This document shows, piece after piece, positions 42,481 to 55,100 of a DNA stretch of 58,467 bases (within the stretch, counting starts at the first letter, position 1; each line of letters opens with the position of its first letter). Position numbers and translations under genes: made by a program. The notes under the pieces are model-generated. The model was not told the DNA's origin. It searched no databases and saw only the letters and a program-made list of their open reading frames with translations. This stretch comes from Girardia tigrina (taxonomy: Eukaryota): positions 1 to 58,467 of the forward strand of contig MQRK01216824.1 in the NCBI GenBank assembly GCA_001938485.1, written 5' to 3'.

Positions 42481-45400
42481 GTACATGTGATGAAAACATT
42501 GGATTGATCTTATATTCATGAAAAGTTTGTGGATAATTTTGAATACACCTCCACAAACATTAAGTGAAATGAAAACAAAAAAATATATATATATATATAT
42601 ATATAGACAGTACGCTAATAAAATATAGATAATACGCTATCATTTAGTGGTGAAGCGTTATTTAAGTCATTCTTTTTGATCGGAACTTTATCACTGAATT
42701 TAATGAGAAACGGTGCAAACATCTTACACACGTTCTCATGCAGTCGAATGAGAATACTGTCACACGGTTTTATCAGTTTGTTCGATTTCTCAACACTGTT
42801 GCTCATCAAAATGTAACCGACTTCATCGCTAATTGCAGAATTTTGTTTTGCAATTACCGATAGTAATTTCACACAATTGTTTTGTAAATTGAATAATTGA
42901 AATGATATTTCATGATTAATTTGATCAAAATTCCTTATTGATCGGGAATCGAAAAACGCGACTTTATCCATTTATTGTAATTTTTTAATGATCAAGAAGT
43001 AAAAATATTATAATTTCATTCCATTAAATTATAACAATCTAGTGAAATAAAGTCATTTAATGCAGAACATGAATAGTTTTTTTTATTTTATAGCACAAAA
43101 TTAATCGATCACTTTGTAGAAAAACTTGTTATTGACAATTGTGACAAATATTTCTTTATTACACACACATTCAATCCAATCAGAATCAATATTTCTCACA
43201 CGCATATACTCCAATGACGCACACATTCACGTTTTCTTACCATTTAACATCACACACTCAACACACAGACACACATTTCAACTATGTGATTGGTCTATTC
43301 AAATTTTGTGTTCAAAAGTGAACACAAATCAAAAACAAATGGTAAAAACTATTTCCTTTGTTTGAATCAATTAATTGCCTAGAAACGAAACCGTCACAAA
43401 TAAACGAATATGAACCGTAATTCGAATTTTCCAAAGACAATAAGGTCAAAATTAAAAATACGTGTCAGAAAAAAACACAAAATTTCATGTGATTCGTGTT
43501 GTGAGTGCGGATTTTGTATTATTTAATAATGTCCATCATCACTAAACCATATGAACGTGATGATCTCATATATATCTATATATACTTATATGTATTTTAT
43601 ATATTTATTTTAATTACTTTTAACATTTATATTTAATTTAATTAATTTAATTTACTTTAATCAATCTTCTCTCATTTAAATTATAATGTTGGGTTCAACT
43701 AAATGGTCAAAAGCTATCACAGCGCGACTAAGATGTTCTTGGAACAACCTCGAAATTATTGTTACAAGCTATTTCCGACATCAAAATTTTATTATCAATA
43801 CAAAATTAATGCTTAAAGCTAATATTTAAACAAGCATATTTTTGAGAAACAATTTGTTTTATAAATCTTAAACTGGTATAAATAAAAATACTTGTATTAT
43901 TAATATTTTATTTTTATATATGTTACCTATAATAAATTTAATAAATACTGTAATAAATACTGTTATAAACTTTTAAATTATAACAGTATTTAAAATAATT
44001 TAATCATTTTGTTTAATTTTATTGATTTTTAAAATTTCTTTAACAAACAATATATATTTAAATATATTTAAATTTTAATATATTTAATTTTACATTATTT
44101 CAAAAATTTTAATAACATTTCTTAATTCTTAACAAAAATTAAGTAATATAAAATAAAATAAAGATATATCTTGAATGTCATTCAGAATTTTTTGTGTAAC
44201 TGTGATTCATTTATGATTTTTATATTCATTAATTACTAAACTAAATTATTTTAACATTTATTTATACAAAAATAATACATCACACGATACATAGAAATTA
44301 ATTTCATTAAAAATTATTTAGGCAGATAGTCTTTACAATGAAGGACTGAGACCGTTGTTATACAGTGAAAAAGACGCTCGGATATCAAACAAAGGATGGA
44401 GGAGATGTGGAATAAATATAGCCTATTACAAAAATAATCTCAAGTAAAATTTAGTTTATAATATCCGGTAAAGAATTATATTATTAAATTTCTTATTATT
44501 AAGAAGTTTATTATTTATATTTTTAAAAAGATAATAACTCAGATATTGTAATACCTATTTAAATTCTTTGTGTAGTTAATTGAATTGTATTTTTACTTTT
44601 AGATATACAACTAAAAAAGGAGAGCAGAATTTTTATTCTTTAACCTGGAATTTTTCACCACCGCATGATCAAGATACAATCTACTTCAGTCATTGCTACC
44701 CATATACGTACTCAAATTTGATGAAATACATTGATAATGTTTCCAAAGATCCATTCAAAAATAAGATCTGTCGAATAAAATTGCTTACTCGAACGTTGGC
44801 GGACAATATTAGTCTTTTGCTTACAATTACAAACTTTCCTTCGAAGGAGGAAGAGAAAGTGAGAAAATTCAATACGTTAAATAAATAATAAAAAAGAGTT
44901 GGTTAAAATCAAAACGTTATTAAAAATAACACCTAAAAATTACTGTTTATTATTTTCAATGGATACCCAAAAATTTTTTTAGAGGAAATATACATTTTTC
45001 TGAACAAAAATACTGTTAGGTACATTCACCAGGTTGCCCTAAAGACTAACCGATGGTAGCAGAATCATGGCACATTTACTGTTGCTGTTCGTCGCCAAGA
45101 AATCATTTGTGTCATTCAAAAGTCTTTGACTGTGATAAACACTTACTCTTAGAGTTGATAAAGGTGAAGTAAAATATTATTATTAATAATTGAAAGAGAA
45201 TAATTAAATAACAAACACGGAATTGGTTTTTAATACTTTTATTAGTTTACAATAAAGTACAACTGGATTTACAAACTTAACCAAAAGCTGGAATTTTAAA
45301 AATGAATCACCAATACATCTTAATCCTTGAGAATGATAGTTAATAATAGAAATTACTGAGTTAGGAAATGATATAATAAAGGATTAATGATTTTACAAAT

Positions 45401-48400
45401 AGCTTTTTATTTGTGATCACTTGAAGGAGCAAGGCAATTACCGAAAGTCGAGAGGCCTACTTCGTAAAATAATTGTGGTCAATTCACGTTTGTTCGGTTT
45501 TTCGTCCCCTTCGCCAATTGAACTTTTGTCGTCACCGTAGAAATAAAGTACGGGATCAACTGATTGTCGGATTATTGTAAGGCGAATGATACTCTTACTA
45601 TGTCTCTGCACTGAATCATTCCTTGTCTTGGCTTAATTTAATCATAATATTTTTAGCGATTTATAATTAAAGTTTTACGTTAATTTAATCTTAGTACTTT
45701 AACGATTTTGGATAAATTCCAATTTTTTTATAGTAAATACAATTCATGCGTGGTTGCTTCATCAAATAAAACTGTGCCTTTGGTCAACTCATGAATAAAA
45801 GGGTGCCTAATATTTTTGACTTAACTTTTAACATCAACGTTCAGCATTTAATCAAGGTGTTAACGTCTACCAAAGTGCTCCTGAAATTTGTTTGGTGCAT
45901 GACAAAGAAGCTATACCTGTAAATGCCGCCCACCGTTGGTTTTTGTGCTTTAAAAAAGAAAGTTTGATATGAAGGACGGATCACACACTGTTTTATCAAC
46001 TGTGTTTGACGGAGAGTGATTGAACAAGCAACTTCGATAAAATCCAAAGATCAAATGGCTAGAGGACTGGTGGAGCAAAGGGATTGTGAAAAAAACTGTG
46101 GTGAATCACTTTCATTCAATGGGCGAGGTTTAGGAACTTGGAACTTGGATGCCATACTCTCTAAGCGAAAAGATAAGAAATCAGCACATTACAATTGTCA
46201 CCATATTGCTTGATCGACATCGCTAAACAAATAATCACAAGTTGCTCTTTCTCTACCTCATTGTCACTGGCGAGGATAGAAAGACGACTCCTTGAGACAA
46301 TCAGAATCTTTATCCATGAAATATTATGTTGTGTGTATGGTGTAACTAGGATATCTAGGTTAAACAACAGTATCGGCTGAACAAAGCAAATCAGCAAAAC
46401 AGTGTTATTTACAGTATGATAATGCTTGTCCTTCTATCGCCAATATACCTAAACAGCGATTCTAGAGCTCAAAGGGGAAGTGTCTCACTCCATATATTAT
46501 CCAGATTTTGCGCCATATGATTTCCATCTCTTGAGATAGCTTTTGAATGTATTGCGTGCCGTATCATTTTTTAATGACGTAGAATTACTTAATACGAATT
46601 CTTTTAGTGAGGACTGAAGGACCTTTATCGTAAAGGCATTGAGAAACTCACTGAACGATGGTTGGAAGTTATCAAAAACAATAGATATTATATTGTTGAT
46701 TGATATTTTGCAATTTCGTTCAACAAAATCATTATATTGATATTATGATTTGCATAATAAATTGTATGAATTGTATTTTGTATTCAAGTAAAGGTATTTA
46801 AAAAGGGATCACTAATTATTCCTCAACCCAATAATTTAGCTAACATTTTGTATTGTGTTCATAATAAATGATCGAGAAATCTTCGTATGATTCAATGAAA
46901 AACTCTTACAGTCGTAATTCATTATAATCAATTTCTTTAATCAATAATTATTTTGTTTGACTATTAGATTAAGAATGTTTCATTAACCCCTTCAGGGTGG
47001 GGTTTTTTTAATGAACATAGAGGTTATAAGTATCGTTTAATTACATCAAAATTACATTTTTATGTGGTACATCTCAAAAACAAGGCAGAACACACAGACA
47101 TACATCACAATCTCTGCACTCATACCTCGATCGCTTATTTGGTACTTTATTTGTTCCAGTGTTACAAACAATGGATTTTCTTTAGCCAGTGGCATTACCA
47201 GTGTCATTCTGAATAATTGTAGGAAAATCTCGTGCAGTCAATAGTATAGGATTGGATAGTCTAGGTCTACCAATTGATGAATTTTGTTGAGTGCCATACT
47301 TTTCAACAACTTTCTCCACTATTTGCAATTTGAATTCCGAAAGTGAACGACCAGAGGAGTTTCTCATAAAGAACATATGCATTGTATACAAAAAGATCAA
47401 TTAGGTGAAATGCAATTTTTTTATACCAGTTTATTGTCTTTCGTATGCACTTTGAGAATGATATTTGCATATCAACTTGATCAATTACACCCATGTACTG
47501 ATTGTAGTCGACAACTCATTTTTGTTTGAGGATCTCTCTATTAGTTTTTTGATCAATTCTTCCTGTTTTCACAACTTCGGGAGTATGAACTGATGTCAAC
47601 ATGTACACATCACATTTATCACACCATTTCAACACAAGTAGATATTTTTTTATTTTTGTAGATGATGTCAAATTTAGCATTTTTTGGGATAAATTTGCAC
47701 AATACTTCGTATTCTTTTTCAATGTTACACAAGCACCTGTATTATTTCTGTATAAGAATTTGAATAAAACTGGACTTGTGTACCAATTTTCGATGTACAA
47801 CATTCGACCTTATTCAAGATATGGACTTATCAGTTCCTTTACAATTTAACCAGAAACACCAGGATCGAGAGAAATAGCAAAAATTGTTTCAAAGGCAGAG
47901 TAAATTATAATGTTTAGGATCAAATTGGTTTCAACAAAAATATTGTTTCAAAATCCCATATGATGAACATTTTGTACACCAAATCAATTGCGTTTTGATG
48001 GAATATACTTCTTGAAGGACAGTCGACCTTCATACAATACCAAGCTTTCATCAATGCATATTCTGAAATGGAATTATCGAATTTGTGAATTTCCCTTTCA
48101 ACATGTCTATAACTGGCTGGAGTTTTCTCAGTTTTCCTTCGATTTGATTATTATTATCAATGAAATGCAGAAAACAAAGAATTGACAGAAAACGATCTCT
48201 TGTAAACATTTCGAGGAAACATTGAGTCTCAAGTAAACTATCAGTAGAACAATAGTTATTGATTTTAGGTCTCTTCACAACAGCTTTTATCAACACAACC
48301 TCAAGGAACACATACATTTCACTAACCAAAGTTTCATACCATGAAGCACCATGAGGATATTGCCTATAATTCCATTGATCATGATTTAAATTAGTGTGAA

Positions 48401-51400
48401 ACACGAGATGTTCAATGCGAGGAATATTTGGTGTGTTAATGTTTTTGTGTAGTGTTTGCATGTTTAAATGTTGTGTGTTGATTTGGGATTGTGCCATCAC
48501 CTAATCAGATGGATGATTAATATTTTAATTCTTATAATCTGAAACTAATTTATTCAAATTTAGATTTAATATTCAAATTTTTAATTTTTATTATTGTAAA
48601 TTTTAAATAATTTTATTTTAGCCAATAAAATTTAAATTAAATATTTTTTGATTAAAATAATTTTTTTTCAAGTTAGTTTAGATTATAATTATAAATATTA
48701 AAAATTGAGTGATGGATTTAAGTGAAAGCAATGCTATTGATCATCATAGAGATGATAAGAAATGTGAATGTAATAAATGTTCTGTCAAATGTGTGAGTTC
48801 TCTTAACATTCAACAAAAACTTTCACAAATTAAATGCTCGAAATAATCAAGTTGTAGCTCATTATTGACACCGGCATTCTCGTTGAAGTTCCAATGTCGT
48901 GGCTGAATGTGGCTTTTATTCCAGTCGATATATTGATGCGATGAGCACTCATTTTCACTATCGGAATATTCCTCGATTTCTGAATCCGAACCAGAGTCAA
49001 ATTCACCAATAATTTCACAATAGGTAGAATTAGATCTATTTATTGAGTATAGAAACGATCAAAACGAAATACAAAGACAAAATTGATAAATACAGAATGT
49101 GTAGTGAAGATTTTATACGAATTTTTAATCTCTAACCCGGATATCAACAAAACCCACATGTCCCTAATACCGTTAAGTCGCATATCAAAATGCGGAGAAT
49201 TTAATCTTGCAAAGAATGATACTAAAATTATTTACGTAAAATTTACGTTTAAGTTATTATTTGATGTTTTATTTGCTTTATATTTAATTTACATTTTTTC
49301 ACTCAGGTTTTGTTATTCAATTTCATACTACTTTCATTTTAGTATTTTTTTCAAATAGATTTTTCAAAATGTATATTATTTTCTATTTTTAATGTATAGA
49401 GTCCCAAAAAAATTGTTGTTTTAACTGGACGGGTACATCCGGGGGAGACGAATGCCAGCTGGATGATGGAGGGACTACTTGATTTTCTTTTGAGCAATAA
49501 ACCAGATGCAATAGTAGTTTCTTTTTATTATTTTTAATTTTGACACGTATGTATTTTCAGTTGTTGAGGGACATGTTTATATTTAAAATAGTACCCATGC
49601 TTAACCCAGATGGGGTCATTGTTGGCAATTATAGGTGCTCACTTAGCGGTAGAGATTTAAACAGAAATTACAAATCTAAACTTAAGGACTTTTATCCTAT
49701 AATTTATAGTATTAGAAATCTTATAGACAAGTAAAACGTTTTATTATAAAAATTATAGTTATATGAATTCCTTAGATTCGTAAAAGAGAGAGAAATACTT
49801 CTTTACTGTGATTTCCATGGGCACAGTAAAAAGCAAAATATTTTTGTATATGGCTGCAATGATCAAAAAGACGAAAATGAATTTCTTCTTGAGAGAGCAT
49901 TTCCTTTCCTACTCAGTAAAAACGCTGCAGACAAAGTATTTTTTATAATTAATAATAATTTTTCATACATTTGCAATATTTATCTTTAAGTTACGTATTA
50001 TCCTAAAAGAACATTTTCACAGGTTCATTCACCTAACATTATATTTGAGATTATCTAAAAAAGGTAGAAAGACAAATCTAAAGTTTAGTTGAATAAATTA
50101 AAAGTAACCCTAAAATGTTTATATAAACGTTCTATGGAAATTTGAAATTTATTCGATAAAGGACAAGTTCATAAATCTTATATATCACTGGGATACTATT
50201 CATTTCTATACAATCTCTATTTATAGGATGTACAATTTACCGCAATATTTTCCTTTCTTGAACCCCATTGAAACCGTTTTGACCAGACTGAAGGGAAATA
50301 TCAGAAGTCAAATATTGATGAATAGGGAACTTTTAAATTTAGCGCATGGCGAAAGGATGAGAACTCTAGAGACAACAATCAAAGAAGAAGTTCAAAAGGA
50401 TGATTATAAAGATTTATCCAACTATTATTGGCATAATCGTAAATTCTTCGTAAAATGTCTTTTAAAACATGACATCTTCGGAGATTGACTGAGCATTGTT
50501 GATTGATTTGTTATGTTCTAAAATAAAAATGTTTATTAGTGACTTATCTTAAATTCAAAAAGATAAAAATATACATTAAACTGACTTACAAAAATTAACT
50601 CAATCATCTCTGGCGCAGTCAAATGAAGGTTACAATCAACGATTGTGGCCCTAATGAAGACCGGTTTTCTGATATCGTAATAACAATCGGTTGAAAATAA
50701 AATAAATTTGCAAAAATGAAATTACAAAAATAACGACAGTACATAAAAATGTATCATAAAAGTGAATAACATTCAATTTTATGACATAAGATTATTTTTT
50801 ACTGTTGTTGTATGACGTAACAGTACGTTAAAACAATCATACAGCAAAATTATGATTGCTTTTGCGTTGTTTAATGTACCCTTTATGTTCTTGAATGAAA
50901 CGCACTGTTTGTATCTGTACAATAATCCGAAATCACAATCTGTCATTTCAAAATTAGAGAAATATTTAATCTTAAGTTCATTACCTAATAAAACCATGTA
51001 TTTCATACTTAATATAAAGATGATTGTCGGTTGATAATTAAAGACCAAAACTTTAGTCAAACCTTCTTTTTACAAAGGGGAAGGTGAACTCCAAAAGTTA
51101 AAATAATTACGAAAAATAAATGCATCACTGGATAAAACTCCAAATTATCCATTCTATCAATTAGATTGGAAAATCTTCTAATTTTATATTTTATTTCATG
51201 ATTATCATTTAAAATGCAACTTTCATTCTTGAAAAAAATGATAAGCTGACCGATCAACATTACAAACAAAAATGAAAAAAAAAAACTATTGAAAATCTTT
51301 CGATCAAAAGAGAGATGTCTGAACACTAAACTTTTAGCTAAAATCAGCGCCAGATTGAACTTGCAGGAATATATATAAATGATAAACTCAATTGAAATAT

Positions 51401-52132
51401 ATGTTCATGATCTTGAGGCACTCTATAAATACCTTCACTCGACAGTCTGGAAGTTCAAAGATGTGTTCGGAAAGGAAATCAACAAACAAGCAAAGTTGCT
51501 ACCACAAATGTGTCTCCGGCATAAGAAACAGCTATTACACATAAATGTTTATTAATAAATATATTTTATAAATTATATTTATTACAGACATTTGTTTCTT
51601 TCGTTTCTTTTCTGAATATTTCAGACTGTGTTTCAAGCTAGTCTTAAGGTAATGTTTTATTAGTAACATTAATAAATATTTCACATTGTAAATGTATCTA
51701 CATTAAGTTTGACCTTGTACTATGAATAATTATATTATTTGTTTTCGAAAAGAGGATAAATTGATCTTCCGAAAAAAAGAATTCATCATTTAAAAATCCA
51801 ATAAAGAAGTTCAGACATATATATATATATATACAGGATTTTTAAGGTTTTTAGCTGGGTGTAACCTAAGAAAATGTGAATGAACTGTATTAAATATTTA
51901 TTTCTACTCAAAAATTGTTACACCACACATGTATCTTGGATTTAAAAGGTTAAGAACAAAAGAATGACCTTGTGTAGGAGCATGTATGTGCGAAAGGGAG
52001 AGGTAGTAGGTGAAATAGCAGTGTGTATATTTTTTAATGAACCCATGCTTTACCTATGTATAGCCAAATTTTCGGGTGTACATCTACAAAATTTCGATGA
52101 AAATTGTACACCCAAAATGACATTAAAAAACC

Positions 52133-52174
<42 letters not shown>

Positions 52175-55100
52175 TTCTATTATTTATTTGTTAAATGTAA
52201 AATTTAGAATTTAATTTCTATTGACACCGATTTTATATAATTTGCTAAAATACTTATCAGTTTTTGATAATATATTTAGTAATAGTTCGTAAAATATATT
52301 GTTTTTTAAGCTTTATTTTTCAACTCTTTGACTTTTATATTTTAATAAGACATTCAATAATATTTTCTTTCTTTAATGACGCAGTTTGATTATCGAAGCT
52401 GTAGCTTTAAAATGCAGAAAAGCAAAAGTGGAACAAGTCGTATCGCCTTTAGAAATATTGGTAAATTTTCTATTTTCTGTATGATTTTTAAGTTAATATT
52501 TTTAGGAATTCTTCATAGTTTTACACTAGAAGCTTCGTTCTGTGGACCGAATTTATCTACAGTCCATGGAAGCGATACTACGTCACAGTATTATCACTTC
52601 AATACAGATGATCTCAAATTAATGGGAGAAGCATTTTGCTATTCCTTACTTGATTTCTGTGATCCGGATAAAACTCAGGTTCATATTTTAGTTTTTTAAA
52701 AACATAAATTAATAGCTCGCACTGTGCAAGTCAATATAATACACTTAAATCCTTGGGTAACATATTGGAAGGAGTATAAATATTCTGGCTTTTCTTTTTA
52801 CCAAATCAAACAATAATTATAAAATGAATAAATAGTTTTGTCAAAATATTACAAAAGTGGAGTGCAAGTGTTGTATCGAATATTTTGAAGGAGAAGCAAA
52901 TAAAACTAAAAATAGTTTTAATTTACAATCTTGGTCATGATTTTAAAAAACTAAGTTTTATAAAAATATGAATTGATACAGAAGAATATAAAACAAATGA
53001 CACTTCTTCCAGAGAAATTGTAGAGTTTTAGTGTAGACAATATCTACAAGACATGCATCTTACAAAAGACTAAAAGTTTGTAGGAAGTATAAATCATTCA
53101 AATGTTGGGAATTTTCCTATCACGAACTCCGACAATAAGGTTTATTGAGTAAAATTCGCGGATTCTCGTAATTGTTCGCAAATATTGTGATATATTGACT
53201 ACGAAATATTTATGTAGGGTAATACAAACTTTTCTTTCTAATAATTGTAGGACATTAACATTCAAAATTAATAAGCAAATCAAAATGTATTTTTCTCTCA
53301 ATTAGTCTCCAAGGTTTAACCGTCATCTTTAGAGCAAATGACTTTGGAAAAAAGAAAGTTACTCTTATATTGGAAATAATAATTGTGTAACAAATTCGTA
53401 ATCAATATATTATGTAAATAAGTCCCGATAAAATTGTTTAGCAGTTGAAATGTAAATTTTAAGATCAAATGATCTAATAAATAATGCTTGGTATGTTATC
53501 TTCTCCAAAAATTCTTAAATTGAGTTCATAGAATTTAAAATTTTTGAATATATATTACCCATATACAAAATTTTCTATGATCAGAAATTTTATTCATACC
53601 ATCATTATGACGGTGTTCCTGTATTCTCTTACAGAAATGATGTAATGACTCTTTAATAAGCTGTGTATTGTTAAACAAAATTTTAATACGGCCCCAACGA
53701 AGTGGAAGATTTAATGTCGAAATTTTTTCATTTTTTGGGTACGGAATAATATTTTTAACACCAGTGTTTATTAATACCATTTTCATTAATTAACAAAAAA
53801 GTCAATTTTAATTTAAGTTTTAATTTTTATTTAAAAAATTAGGTAAATTGTTTTAAAATTCATTTGAATTTAACAAGTTTTCTATGATGAGCAATAGGAC
53901 TTGAACCCCTATATAAGCTGGCTCTCGAACACGTTTTCAGAGATGACGGGTAGTCTCTCCAATGAATGTGGTATTATAGCCATTACATGTATATAATTGT
54001 ATAATACATGATAAACAATTTCCGAACCCAAGTCAAAGAAATTTTGTTGTAAATCACCTACTCCTTTGAATCTGTGTTCGGACTTTGTTTATCCATATAC
54101 ATGTAATGCATGTTGTTAACTATCAACAGTTGAAGTCATAATAGCGCTAACAATATTTTATTATAGACAAAATTAAAACAAATTTTCGCTTCTAATCATA
54201 ATTTAATAATTATTTATCCAATTTTTATTATTTAAAGAATCTTTAATTTTAAAATCTCTCTTAAATTTTAAAGCTCGAAAATAAAATTATTTCTAATCTA
54301 ATTTCAATTAAAAGCCATAGCTTTAAATCATTAATTTAATCTCTGTTAATTCTATTAATTCTAAAATAATATGCAATTCAACATAATTTTTAAGATTGTT
54401 TTTAAAAAATTTAAGTGCAAATTTCTAAAACTTATTTAAAACATTTAATTTCAAATCTTTAAAATTTATATTTTGCATAAATTAAATATTTTGCACATTA
54501 AATTTAAGTTTTAAATTATTTAAATCTCGATCATTGATGTAAAATGCCACATATATAGGAGCAACTGTTCGTCATTTCTACAAACGAGTCCAAGAACACG
54601 TTTAAATAAGAGGTTAGAGTCATTTTGCTGAGCATGGAAAATATTATAAATACAATTTTAGTATAAATAACTTCGAAAATCTGTGCAAGAATTTTAAAAA
54701 TTATTGAGAGAGATTTTGTAAAGCATTTTTAATACGATTTCTTGATCAAAAAATCAATGTTCGAACAGCACTCCCAACCAATTTGTTAAGAGTTTTCAAT
54801 TACATTTAAGCTAGAAAATATTTATTTTAATCATATTAATCACGGATATCACAAATTTAATCGATAAAAAGCTCATAATCCTGATCTCAACAAACTCCGA
54901 TATATATTATTATAACATCTATTTTAAATGGAGTTACTATTGTTTTATTCAATTACATTATTTTTGTAATTTTCGATTTTTTCAGTTAAGAATAACATTT
55001 TTAAAAAGATAAGTTTTTCATTCTAACTTTTTATGCAGTCGTAAATATACAACTCAAATAAGGCATCATAGTTTTTGTTCGGAATGCTCAAATCCCAGCA

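Noticed and set aside
43465-43542. Box C/D snoRNA on the minus strand (GTGATGA...CTGA)
   Set aside because: Antisense to the host gene, no terminal stem, poly-T guide region
50647-50700. Additional hammerhead (CTAATGA...GAAA)
   Set aside because: Core G is mutated and there is no stem III or stem I
53885-53965. tRNA gene (minus-strand GGTTCAAGTCC B-box)
   Set aside because: No cloverleaf or acceptor stem; at most a decayed SINE head
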